DNA from: an uncultured Planctomycetales bacterium
GTDB lineage: Bacteria > Omnitrophota > Gorgyraeia > Zapsychrales > CAYRXT01
Length of the DNA: 64,000 bases
Direction of reading: 5' to 3'
Assembly: GCA_964428315.1 (NCBI GenBank)
Contig: CAYRXT010000005.1
Location: forward strand, 12,592 to 76,591
Made by a program: the position numbers and the translations under genes. Numbering within the stretch: the first letter of the stretch is position 1; every line of letters begins with the position of its first letter. The notes below the pieces were generated by a model. The model was given only the letters and a program-made list of their open reading frames with translations, did no database searches and was not told where the DNA came from. Below, one piece after another: positions 20,741 through 30,123 of this stretch.

Positions 20741-22027
20741 TCAACGCCGGATCTTTTGCATCTGCCGCTCTTTGACGTCCTGGATGTCCTTGGCTGCCTG
20801 CTCGGGCGTCTTTTGCCCGATAATGATAGTCTGTATCCCCCTGGCGAACGCCTCGGACACAACTTCATCTTCATTATAAGGCCAGATGCTGGGATGCGTG
20901 CTCTGATCCATAGCGCCGACAAACTGCGCCAAGAGCTCGGGCGCTTCCGATAAGGCGTGACGGTTGGCCGGAAGGTTGCGCGTCTTCTCCGCCAGGAACG
21001 CCTGCTGTTTCTTGGCCGTCAACCAGCGGAGAAAATCGACGGCCTTGTCCTTGAGGGGCGAAGAGTTGTTGACGACGAATGAGGATCCGGCGCCGCCCCA
21101 TATCTTCAAGGGATAATTTTTGCTGACGGGCGGCGGCCGCATAACGCCGTAATCCAGGTCGGGATTCATCTTATGATAAACGTTCACGCACCACGATCCG
21201 TTAAAGGCGAAGGCCGCCCTTTCGAGGGCAAAATCCTGTTCCGCGTATTTATTACCCTTGATCACGATGCCCTCCATCAGGGCCTTATGATCGACGAGGG
21301 CCTTAAAAATGTTGAATACCTCAATCCAGTCGGGATCCGTATACGGCACCTCTCCCTGAAAGGTGTCCATAATCTTGTCCTCTCCCATAATATTGAAAGC
21401 ATAGTTCATGGCATAACAGTTGATCAGCCACAACTCGCTCCAACCCGAAACAAAAGGCGCGATCCCCACCCTGTTCAGGGCATCTACGGCCTCCAGGTAC
21501 TCATCAAAAGTGGAAGGAGGACGTCTGACACCCGCCTTTTCCAGTAACCCCCTGTTGTAGACCATTTGGACGCTGGTAATGTCGATGGGCACGCCGTACA
21601 GGCCCGGCTCGACACCCTCGAGATTGCCTTTTTCAAAACGGTTCACCGCCAGGGCCTTATCAAGAAAGGTCTTATGCCACCGACCGTTTTCGTCTTCAAA
21701 GGCATCCGTCAGATCGGCGACAAAACCGCTCTTGATAAACGAGGCGAAAATCTTTTTCTTGTCCAAAACGCCGTAAATATCCGGCAGGACGCTTGCCTGG
21801 GCCGCCGCTACTATTTTTCGTGAATAATCTCCTGAAGGGGCGTAAAGCTTGAACCTGACCTTGATCCCGGTCTCATCTTCATAGTCACGGGCAAGTTCCC
21901 GGAAGGCATCATGCCGGTCGGTCATCCAGTGCCAGACGACGAGAGTGTCCGGATCCCGGCGCGGCTGGCCGCATCCCGCGAACAACAGCAACACAGCCAT
22001 AATAACTATTGGCAGAGATCTGTTCAT
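20741..22027 (-). CDS. ABC transporter extracellular solute-binding lipoprotein (family 1, oligosaccharide)
   Basis: Lipobox LLFAGC; ~430 aa SBP_bac_1-like. No ATPase gene in the cluster, so a shared MsiK-type ATPase encoded elsewhere is assumed. Confidence 0.85.
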   Translation of the reverse strand: MNRSLPIVIMAVLLLFAGCGQPRRDPDTLVVWHWMTDRHDAFRELARDYEDETGIKVRFKLYAPSGDYSRKIVAAAQASVLPDIYGVLDKKKIFASFIKSGFVADLTDAFEDENGRWHKTFLDKALAVNRFEKGNLEGVEPGLYGVPIDITSVQMVYNRGLLEKAGVRRPPSTFDEYLEAVDALNRVGIAPFVSGWSELWLINCYAMNYAFNIMGEDKIMDTFQGEVPYTDPDWIEVFNIFKALVDHKALMEGIVIKGNKYAEQDFALERAAFAFNGSWCVNVYHKMNPDLDYGVMRPPPVSKNYPLKIWGGAGSSFVVNNSSPLKDKAVDFLRWLTAKKQQAFLAEKTRNLPANRHALSEAPELLAQFVGAMDQSTHPSIWPYNEDEVVSEAFARGIQTIIIGQKTPEQAAKDIQDVKERQMQKIRR

Positions 22028-22036
22028 AGGGCTTTC

Positions 22037-24451
22037 TCACATCCAGACTTTGACCTGATGCAGTCTGCCGTCGCCGAACGGCCGGATGAGGTTGCCTTCG
22101 ATTTCCTGGTCGTCCACCAGGATTTGAGACACCCCGCTTTCACGGCCCTTAGGATTAAGGATCTCGATCTGGTATATATCGCCGCGGAAGGGCCGCTGGA
22201 CGCTACATTTCTTCCATCCTTTGGGGATACAGGGATCGATCCTTAGTCCTTCGAAGTCCCGGCGCACCCCCAGGATCCATTCCGTCGCGGTCATGAAGCA
22301 CCACCCCGATGAACCCGTAATCCAGGTGAACGCGCCTTCACCGTAACGGTAGGGATTCTTCGGCCCGACAAGATATTCCGCAAGAACATAGGGTTCCGTT
22401 TTATAAAGATCCATATCCTTCTGGGCGTTCGGCATGATCTTTCTGACGGCCTCATAGGCCTTGTCCCCGCAGCCGCACATCGCGTAAGCGACGGCCATAA
22501 AAGTCGCCGCGTGGCAGAACACCGCGGCATTCTCCTTTGTCCCTTCGGAAAACATGCTGACGCGACCAAGCCGTCCGACCCATGAACTGTAAGCCGGGGC
22601 AAAAAGAGCGAGCCCGTGCGGACCGTTCAGATACCTTTCCACCGAACGGAAAAGTTTCTGTTTCCTCTCATCGCTGACAACGCCGGCCAGGATACCCCAC
22701 GCCTGTGCTGTCAGGAAGATCTTCCCTTCTTTGTCGTTCTTGCTGCCGTAAACCTGTCCCTTGTCATCGAAACCGCGGACATACCAGGAGCCGTCCCATC
22801 CCACCGCGTTGATCCGTTCGTCCATCGTCCTGGACATTTGGAGATACTCTTCTCTCTTGTCCTGCTGGCCGAGGAGGTCAAAGAGATCCGCCAGCATCTT
22901 CATGGAACGGACAAGGGCCTGGGCCAGCCAGATGCTTTCCCCTCGGTGCCTGATGCCGGCCGCGTCGATGGCATCGTTCCAGTCCGCGTGCCCGATCCGG
23001 GGCAGGCCCTTTTCTCCCACATCGTTAAAACAGTATAAAAGATTTTTCTCGAGATGCTCTATGAGGGTCCCCTCACCGTCCGTTTGAGATCCTCCGGTCC
23101 AATGAAGGTCGATCTCCCACCCGTCTTTCCATTTATCCTTCAGATAAGGGACATACTCCAACAGCAGGCTTTTATCTCCCGTTTCCTTGATATAGGCGCT
23201 GACTGTGGCCGTGAGCCAGACCTGGTGGTCTTTGTTCGGACGGTATTTGTGGGGCCCGGTGGTATCGGACCATCCCGGCGCGCTGGTCCCGTCGCGGCGA
23301 ATCAGTGACGCCAGCTTGAGAATCTTGGCGCGCGTCAGGTCGTGATTGATCGACACGATCGCTTCCGAATCCTGGCAGGAATCCCGGTATCCCCGTCCTC
23401 CCGATCCTTCGTGATAATAACTGGGAGACCGCGACCAGAAATTGCAGATATAGATCTGGTATTTGAGCCAAATATTGACAAGGACATTGAGATCTTTATC
23501 CGGCGTCTCCACCGTGACATTATCCAGGATCCTGTTCCGCCAGATCTGCTTCGTCCTGGCCAGTTCCTTTTCGGCCGTTCTGACATCCCTGTATTTGGCC
23601 AGGATCCTGGGGATCCTTGTGATCGCGTCAGACTGGCCGAGGACAACCGTGAATGTTTTCGTCTGGCCCGGTTTCAGCTTAACCCTGTGCCTGAAGGCCC
23701 CGATGCCGTCCTCCCCCGAACACAGCGACGTATTCCTGGCCCTGGTTTCTCCAATAGCCTGCGGATTCTCTTCCGTGTTATAAGGGCCGACAAATTCATT
23801 CTTCCGGGTGAAATGTCCCGATATCCCTAAAGACGGGGAAAAGAAAATCTGTCCGCGGAACGGCTGAATGTTCATCCCTTTCCATTCGGCGGTTTTTTTG
23901 GCAAAGATGGCCTTGTGTTTCTTGTCGAACCAGACGCGGTTGTAAAGGTTCATGATGTTGCGGTACCGCAATTCTTCATGGTAGTCGCCGATGAGGAATT
24001 CGACGTAAGGATAGACCTCCAGATTCCTGTCCCGACGGGACTTGTTTGTCATCTTGACGATCCAGACCTCACAGGGATCGTCCTCGGGCACAAAGTATGT
24101 CACCTGGGAGGCTATCCCGCTGTTAACGGATTCGATGTCGGTATAGCCTAGTCCGTGCCGGCATTCATAGAACGACGGTTTGACGCGCAACGGCTGGTAG
24201 GTCGCCGCCCAGGCCTTTTTCCCTTCACGCACAAAGAGGTATTTGCCGGGACGGTCAAAATGCCAGCATTCGGGAAGCCATCGGGTGATGCGGTGGCTGC
24301 GGCAGTCTTTATAAAAACTGTATCCCCCCGCGCACTGCGAGATGATCGAACAATATTCTTTGTTTGTGAGATAATTGATCCAGGGGCGGGGAGGCTTACA
24401 GGTCGATAGGATGAACTCGGTCCCATCCGAAGAAAAATGCCCGTATTTCAT
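22037..24451 (-). CDS. GH94-family glycoside phosphorylase (cellobiose/cellodextrin/chitobiose phosphorylase-like)
   Basis: 804 aa, cytoplasmic (no signal peptide). Contains GSGGRGYRDSCQDSE and IGHADWNDAID motifs and the (alpha/alpha)6 catalytic region typical of GH94. Substrate specificity not assignable. Confidence 0.8.
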   Translation of the reverse strand: MKYGHFSSDGTEFILSTCKPPRPWINYLTNKEYCSIISQCAGGYSFYKDCRSHRITRWLPECWHFDRPGKYLFVREGKKAWAATYQPLRVKPSFYECRHGLGYTDIESVNSGIASQVTYFVPEDDPCEVWIVKMTNKSRRDRNLEVYPYVEFLIGDYHEELRYRNIMNLYNRVWFDKKHKAIFAKKTAEWKGMNIQPFRGQIFFSPSLGISGHFTRKNEFVGPYNTEENPQAIGETRARNTSLCSGEDGIGAFRHRVKLKPGQTKTFTVVLGQSDAITRIPRILAKYRDVRTAEKELARTKQIWRNRILDNVTVETPDKDLNVLVNIWLKYQIYICNFWSRSPSYYHEGSGGRGYRDSCQDSEAIVSINHDLTRAKILKLASLIRRDGTSAPGWSDTTGPHKYRPNKDHQVWLTATVSAYIKETGDKSLLLEYVPYLKDKWKDGWEIDLHWTGGSQTDGEGTLIEHLEKNLLYCFNDVGEKGLPRIGHADWNDAIDAAGIRHRGESIWLAQALVRSMKMLADLFDLLGQQDKREEYLQMSRTMDERINAVGWDGSWYVRGFDDKGQVYGSKNDKEGKIFLTAQAWGILAGVVSDERKQKLFRSVERYLNGPHGLALFAPAYSSWVGRLGRVSMFSEGTKENAAVFCHAATFMAVAYAMCGCGDKAYEAVRKIMPNAQKDMDLYKTEPYVLAEYLVGPKNPYRYGEGAFTWITGSSGWCFMTATEWILGVRRDFEGLRIDPCIPKGWKKCSVQRPFRGDIYQIEILNPKGRESGVSQILVDDQEIEGNLIRPFGDGRLHQVKVWM

Positions 24452-24588
24452 TTGACTTGACTCCTTTTATATTATTATTAAATACAGCAGGTAAGGAAAT
24501 ATGGGTCAGATTAACATAGGGGTAAAATCCGGTCAAGGCTTTTCCTGAATTTTGAGAATGTCTCGGGAGGGGAAATAAGCGGACGGCG

Positions 24589-24924
24589 CTACTGGCAGAA
24601 ACGCATCAGCCGATGCATGTTCATCAACTGAATTTCATTGAAGCGGATGCCTGCTTTTTGATCAGCGTCGGTCTTGTCGTTCTCTTCAATCCAGATGATT
24701 GAACCTTTCAGGATAACGGGATCATGGCCGTCAGGCAGGTTTACTACGAGGGAAACCGGCTCATTCATCGTGAAATCCTGCCGGGAGACAAGCTTCGCAC
24801 CTTCGGCGGAAAGGTCTTGAAGAATGCCGCTGTTACCTTCACTTTGGGACATCTCCCCAAAGCGGACCGGCAGATCGGCATTCAACCGGCCAAAAATCCT
24901 TCTGTCACCCGCACGCTCCATCAT
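24589..24924 (-). CDS. PilZ-domain protein (c-di-GMP receptor), single domain
   Basis: RRIFGRLNADLPVRF (RxxxR) and DLSAEGAKLVS (DxSxxG). Start trimmed to the ATGATG at 24924, which has a GAGAGAGG SD; the track start at 24993 would overlap the upstream gene. Confidence 0.7.
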   Translation of the reverse strand: MMERAGDRRIFGRLNADLPVRFGEMSQSEGNSGILQDLSAEGAKLVSRQDFTMNEPVSLVVNLPDGHDPVILKGSIIWIEENDKTDADQKAGIRFNEIQLMNMHRLMRFCQ

Positions 24925-24937
24925 CTTCTGACCTCTC

Positions 24938-25258
24938 TCAAACAAAGACCTTGCAACGCCGTATCTTGGACTTCGCACCATGGATAATCTCAATGAACTT
25001 CAGTCCAACGCGATACCGGGAACCATCCCCGATCTTGTTGATCCATTGCACAACGCCCAGGGCCAGCACCGGATCTTCATCCGGGTTAAGATCAATCTGA
25101 ACCATCATCCTGGTATTGACAGGGATATAACGATCGGAAACAAACCCCGCGCCCCCTTCGGAAATATCCACCGTCCGGCTGCCGTCAAAGGGAGCGCCGG
25201 ATTTGACATCAACGAGTACGCGGCAGTTTTTTCTTGGGTTTTTCCTTTGGTTTACCAT
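24938..25258 (-). CDS. PilZ-domain protein (c-di-GMP receptor), single domain
   Basis: QRKNPRKNCRVLV (RxxxR) and DISEGGAGFVS (DxSxGG); 106 aa. Confidence 0.7.
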   Translation of the reverse strand: MVNQRKNPRKNCRVLVDVKSGAPFDGSRTVDISEGGAGFVSDRYIPVNTRMMVQIDLNPDEDPVLALGVVQWINKIGDGSRYRVGLKFIEIIHGAKSKIRRCKVFV

Positions 25259-25433
25259 GATTTACGCCCAAATTTATTTTAGCAATGATAATTTAAATTA
25301 AAATCTTTTTTAATGTTTTCTGCGACCAGCTCTTTTTTTTCCATTTTTGAATCATCAGCTTCTCATAACATCCCGACGCGACGCCCTATTACTGATAAAG
25401 AAAACGCTTTCTTTCAGAGTATATCAGATTTTT

Positions 25434-26024
25434 TTATTTAGACAATAGCGGTTCAATATATTTTTTGATTTTTTTCGCGATCAGCTCCTGTCCCTCCGCG
25501 TTAGGATGGAACTGGTCAATTTTCAGCCCGGGATCAGCGAGGATGTTATCCAGGATGTCGGGAATATAGGCCGCCTTTCTCCGACGGGCAATCTCTTTTA
25601 ATCCCCTGCCGTAGACATCCTGCAAAAATCCGACGCGGACCTCAGCGATAGCGACGATGGCCCCCTGTTTTTGAATGCGCGAGACGATCCGGTCAAAATT
25701 CCTTAGCGTCTGTTCCTTGGGTAGACGCTGGAAAAAATCATTTCCACCGAACTCGATGACAACCAATTTGGGATCGTGTTGCAGGACATCTTCCCCTATC
25801 CGGTCTAAGGCCTCCCTCGTTGTATCGCCGCTGCGCCCCGCATTGATAACGGGCCATGTCAGTTCCCTCTCAAGGATCGCCGGAAAGGCCTCGTCGGGAT
25901 CAAGCCCGAATCCCGCCGTAATGCTGTCCCCGAAACACACGACGGTCGTGCCCGGGGAATCCAGGTTGGCGATGGACACCCCGCAACCGCATAACAGCAT
26001 GGCGCACAATAGGATTCGCGCCAA
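25434..26024 (-). CDS. SGNH/GDSL-family hydrolase (TesA/arylesterase-like), secreted or lipoprotein
   Basis: Block I GDSITAG, block III GGNDF, block V DQFHPN. Start uncertain: ATG 26000 or upstream TTG 26024 with AGGA. The track start 26252 would overlap the next gene. Confidence 0.8.
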   Translation of the reverse strand: MARILLCAMLLCGCGVSIANLDSPGTTVVCFGDSITAGFGLDPDEAFPAILERELTWPVINAGRSGDTTREALDRIGEDVLQHDPKLVVIEFGGNDFFQRLPKEQTLRNFDRIVSRIQKQGAIVAIAEVRVGFLQDVYGRGLKEIARRRKAAYIPDILDNILADPGLKIDQFHPNAEGQELIAKKIKKYIEPLLSK

Positions 26025-26073
26025 AAACAATGTCCTAATCTTCGGAGGGAACAACAAGCGCGGACGGTTCAGC

Positions 26074-26418
26074 TTATTTTGCCATAAGTTCACGCAAATC
26101 TTTGGCCAGATCATGACGTTCCATGTTTTCCAGCTTAAGGACTTGCCGGCGGACGTTGAGCAGATCTCCCTTGCTGTAATAGACGGTGCCCAGCTTCCAC
26201 TGCAGATTGGCATCGGAGGGATTTTTTTCCAGCAATTCTTTATAAAGGACAACGGCCTTATCCATGTTTCCCTGATTGTAGGCCGTCTCAGCCTTAAGAC
26301 TTTTCCAGTACCGCTGAATATTATGGCATGACATCAGCGTGAAGGCCGACACCCATACCGAGATAAAAAGACAAAGACGCCGCTTTCTCATTAAATTCTT
26401 CTGACCCTTCATCTGCAA
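26074..26418 (-). CDS. Small secreted TPR-like protein
   Basis: Signal peptide MRKRRLCLFISVWVSAFTLMSC, then one or two TPR-like helical hairpins (AETAYNQGNMDKAVVLYKELLEKNPSDANLQWKLGTVYY). Confidence 0.5.
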   Translation of the reverse strand: MQMKGQKNLMRKRRLCLFISVWVSAFTLMSCHNIQRYWKSLKAETAYNQGNMDKAVVLYKELLEKNPSDANLQWKLGTVYYSKGDLLNVRRQVLKLENMERHDLAKDLRELMAK

Positions 26419-26535
26419 AGTTTACAAACAAATAATTGAACTACCCGGCTACTCTCATTTACAATATTAATATACATATCGCAAAATTCAACAGGCTTTT
26501 CGCCATTGTAACAATTTGCCGAAAAAAGTTCGTTT

Positions 26536-27261
26536 ATGGTTTTCTTGTCAGACGCCCTTATTTTACTTGTCCCTGTCCTTTACGCCCTTCACGGATGGAA
26601 GAAAGGGACTCTCCGGGCCCTGGCGGGACCGTTCTCCCTATTGACCGGGCTTATCATCGGTTTTGTCTACCTCCATCAGTCCCATAATCTCTGGCGGGCA
26701 ACGCTCATTATGGTCCTCTGCCCTCTTATCCTGGGTGTCATCCTTAACGTCAGTCTCATCCTCTGGCATAAAAAGATCGATAAAGAACTGCCTTCGGGCG
26801 CGGGGAGCAAGCTGTGCGGGGCCTGTATCGGAACCCTGTGGGGTACGGCCATGACGGCCCTGGTTTTGATCCTTTTAGTCCTCCTGCCCGGCCCCTCATC
26901 TTCTGTCAACGCCCTGCAGGGCCATGTCCGCCGTTCTTATTTTTTCAAGATCGTCGAACACCAGATCATCAACCGGTGGCCGCTCTTCAAAAATATGGAG
27001 AAGACGCTGGAGGCGGCCCGCGATCCGCAGGGCCTTCAGCAGGTTCAAGCTCTTAAGGAAATACGGGCCCTGCAAAAGGACGAGAAATTCCAGGCCCTTC
27101 TCGCGGATCCAGGGATTCGTCGCCAGCTTGAAGAAAACGACATCGCCGGCCTGTTGCGGAACGAAAACTTCCGCGCAATGCTGCGGGACGAGGCCCTGGT
27201 CGAAAAATTCTTGGACCTGTATCGAAAGCTCAGCGAAGAAGGGCTCTGGCAGGGGCCGTGA
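26536..27261 (+). CDS. cvpA: CvpA-family membrane protein (colicin V production protein-like)
   Basis: Four N-terminal TM helices followed by a soluble helical tail; overall CvpA-like architecture. Family call from pattern only. Confidence 0.6.
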   Translation: MVFLSDALILLVPVLYALHGWKKGTLRALAGPFSLLTGLIIGFVYLHQSHNLWRATLIMVLCPLILGVILNVSLILWHKKIDKELPSGAGSKLCGACIGTLWGTAMTALVLILLVLLPGPSSSVNALQGHVRRSYFFKIVEHQIINRWPLFKNMEKTLEAARDPQGLQQVQALKEIRALQKDEKFQALLADPGIRRQLEENDIAGLLRNENFRAMLRDEALVEKFLDLYRKLSEEGLWQGP

Positions 27262-27306
27262 TCGGACGCTGACCGCGTCTTCCTTCCTCCCGTCTGTGAC
27301 GTCCCT

Positions 27307-28707
27307 TCATTTTCCAATACAAAATCGAGAAAAGATACTGTCGAGGAGATCCGCGCCGGCATTGCGCCCGGTTATCTGATCCAGTTCCTGGACAGTGGTC
27401 TTAATCTCTTCCGAAACGAACTCCGGAGAGGCCTCTTCCTCCAGCGCCCTGCGGGCCCGGAGCAAAGACTCCCGCGCCCGGTGCAGAGATTGAATGTGCC
27501 GGGCGTTGCTGACCATCAAAGTAAACGTGTGCACCGGACGGCCGTTCAGGACGCACCTGACAATGGCCTCTTCAAGCTCGTCGATTGCCCGGCGCTGTAT
27601 GACAGAAATTCTCACGGTTTCCCGGTCCCCGAAGAGCGCCCCGAGACGGTTCTCGTCGATCTTCTGGTCAAGATCGCATTTGTTCACGGCAATAAGAAGG
27701 TTTTTATCCTTGAGGCGGGTAAAGAGCGTTTCGTCCTCCTCGGTCAAGGGGCGGCCCGCATCCAGAACCAGAAGGACCAGGTCCGCGCTGTCGACGGCCC
27801 GGTGGCTCCGTTTAACGGCTTCCTCCTCGATCAGATCCCGCGGTTCAATAATCCCCGCGGTATCGACCAGCTGGAAAGGCACGCCGCGGAGCTGGGCGGC
27901 CTCTTCGAGCGTGTCGCGGGTCGTACCCGCGAACTCGGAAACGATGGCCCGCGGCTGCCGCAAAAGCAGATTGAGCAAAGAAGATTTGCCGACGTTCGCC
28001 TTGCCGCATATCGCGATCTTCATCCCATCGCGCAGGATCCTTCCCTGCTCGGATGAATCCAGAAGCCCTTCAATGCGCTGAATGGCCTTGCCGGCACGCT
28101 CGTCTAGCTGCCGGCGGTCCGCCGCATTGATTCCATCTTCCGGAAAATTGATAACGGCCTCCAGCTCCACGTAGACCGACATCAAGGCCTCCCTGATCTC
28201 TTCCAGCTCCCTGTTGAGCTCGCCTTTGAGCTGGCTGACACTCACCCTTTGGAAGGCCTCTGTCCGGGACTGGATGATGTCCAAAACGGCCTCGGCCTGG
28301 GTCAGGTCGACACGGCCGTTAAGAAAGGCCCTCCGGGTAAACTCTCCAGGTTCGGCCATCCGGGCGCCGAGCTCAATGGCCAGGTGAAGGATGGAACGCA
28401 CCACCACCAAACCTCCGTGACAGCTGAACTCGACCATATCCTCTTTCGTATAACTTCGGGGGGCGCGCATGACGGTCAAGAGGACTTCGTCGACGGGGTC
28501 TTCACCGCCGGGAGATTTTTTCACCACCCATCCATGATGAACGCTGTGGCTGCGGAACGCGGAGACCGGCTGTCCGTTGCCCGCGCGGAACATCCTTTCC
28601 GCAACAGCCACGGCCTCCGCCCCGCTCATACGGACGATGCCGATGCCACCCTGTCCGACGGGCGTGGATATGGCGGCTATCGTGTCATAGACGGATTCTT
28701 CCGACAT
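27307..28707 (-). CDS. mnmE: tRNA modification GTPase MnmE (TrmE)
   Basis: GKANVGKSSLLN (G1), DTAG (G3), NKCD (G4) and the C-terminal CIGK motif. Confidence 0.95.
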   Translation of the reverse strand: MSEESVYDTIAAISTPVGQGGIGIVRMSGAEAVAVAERMFRAGNGQPVSAFRSHSVHHGWVVKKSPGGEDPVDEVLLTVMRAPRSYTKEDMVEFSCHGGLVVVRSILHLAIELGARMAEPGEFTRRAFLNGRVDLTQAEAVLDIIQSRTEAFQRVSVSQLKGELNRELEEIREALMSVYVELEAVINFPEDGINAADRRQLDERAGKAIQRIEGLLDSSEQGRILRDGMKIAICGKANVGKSSLLNLLLRQPRAIVSEFAGTTRDTLEEAAQLRGVPFQLVDTAGIIEPRDLIEEEAVKRSHRAVDSADLVLLVLDAGRPLTEEDETLFTRLKDKNLLIAVNKCDLDQKIDENRLGALFGDRETVRISVIQRRAIDELEEAIVRCVLNGRPVHTFTLMVSNARHIQSLHRARESLLRARRALEEEASPEFVSEEIKTTVQELDQITGRNAGADLLDSIFSRFCIGK

Positions 28708-30059
28708 AGCACCTCCCTGATCTCCGCGACCACAAAAAGCGAACCACAGACAAGAATCAGATCATCGCGGCCGGCGAGGTCCAGGGCCCTTTCTAGGGCC
28801 TCCTCACTCTCTGCCGCACAAACGATCTCCTTCCCGCTGAAAAACGAAGCCGCCCTCTCCCGACGGTAATCCCAGCTGCGCGGGTGCCGGGTCCGCGTCA
28901 GGACGACCTTGCTGGCGAGGGCCGCCAGGCTCCGGCAAATGGCGGCGACGTTCTTGTCCGCCGAGATGCCCACGATTACAACAACGTCCTTACCGGGGAA
29001 GAGACGCCTGACGGCATCTACCAGCGATTCGACGGAAGCGGCATTGTGAGCCCCGTCGAGAACAACGGGAGGACTGCCGTCAAGGACCTCGAAACGTCCC
29101 GGCCACTGCGTTAAGGCCGCCCCCCGGACAAAGGCCCCGTCCGGGATATCAAGACCTTGCCGGCGCAGGGCACGGCAGAGGCCGGCCGCCACGGCGAGGT
29201 TGATCCTCTGGGGCCGTCCCGCAAGACGGGTCCGGACCTCGAGCGGTTCGGGAAAGATATCCCGCAGAACAACCGTTTGATGCCCGCCGTCTTCTTTCTT
29301 AAGCAGGACATGCCTCCTTTCATCGATAAAAAAGGCGTCGGCCCTGAAGGCCGCGCATCTTTCGCGGATGACATCCATGGCCTCTTTGTCCTGGGGCGCG
29401 ACGACGACGGCCTGGCCCTCTTCTTTAATGATGGCGGACTTTTCCGTTGAGATGGCCTTAAGGGTCGTCCCGAGCTGTCTGGTATGCTCGATGCTGATGG
29501 AGGTCAACGCGCAAGCCATCGACCGGACGGTGTTAGTCGCGTCCAGGCGGCCGCCGAGACCCGTTTCAAGAACAACGACTTCCGCATGACTTTTGGAAAA
29601 ATAGTACAGCGCCAGGGCAGTATAAACCTCGAAATAGGTCAAACGGCCAAGGTCTTGATTGCGTCGGGCCTCTTCGATGCGGGGCCGGATGGCCTCAAGG
29701 GTTGCGCAGAGCTCCGAAGGGCTGATCTGTCCGGCGAAGGGATCAGAAAGCGTCCGCGGATCGTCCTTCCACGCGGGATCGAACAGGCGAATGCGCTCGC
29801 GGAAATCATGCAGATGCGGAGAGGTGTAGAGCCCTGTTTTATAGCCGGCCTGCCAGAGGATGTAGGCCATAAAGGCGCAGGTGGAACCCTTGCCCTTGGT
29901 GCCGGCCACATGGATGAACCGCGTACCTTCCTGGGGGTCGCCGATCAGGGATAAAAGGCGGCGGACGCGTTCCAGGCGGAAAGGGATGAACTCCTGTCCG
30001 CTACGCAGTTCGAAATTAATGAAGGAATCGAGATACTCTTTGGCCTCTTGGAAGGTCAT
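28677..30059 (-). CDS. folC: Bifunctional folylpolyglutamate synthase / dihydrofolate synthase FolC
   Basis: HVAGTKGKGS P-loop and Mur-ligase-family middle and C domains. 31-nt overlap with the mnmE start. Confidence 0.9.
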   Translation of the reverse strand: MTFQEAKEYLDSFINFELRSGQEFIPFRLERVRRLLSLIGDPQEGTRFIHVAGTKGKGSTCAFMAYILWQAGYKTGLYTSPHLHDFRERIRLFDPAWKDDPRTLSDPFAGQISPSELCATLEAIRPRIEEARRNQDLGRLTYFEVYTALALYYFSKSHAEVVVLETGLGGRLDATNTVRSMACALTSISIEHTRQLGTTLKAISTEKSAIIKEEGQAVVVAPQDKEAMDVIRERCAAFRADAFFIDERRHVLLKKEDGGHQTVVLRDIFPEPLEVRTRLAGRPQRINLAVAAGLCRALRRQGLDIPDGAFVRGAALTQWPGRFEVLDGSPPVVLDGAHNAASVESLVDAVRRLFPGKDVVVIVGISADKNVAAICRSLAALASKVVLTRTRHPRSWDYRRERAASFFSGKEIVCAAESEEALERALDLAGRDDLILVCGSLFVVAEIREVLCRKNPSMTR

Positions 30060-30123
30060 ACTTTAAAGGGAAAGGTGCTATTTTATCATGAGAACAGGAC
30101 CCGCACCGTTGCCGGAATGAACT

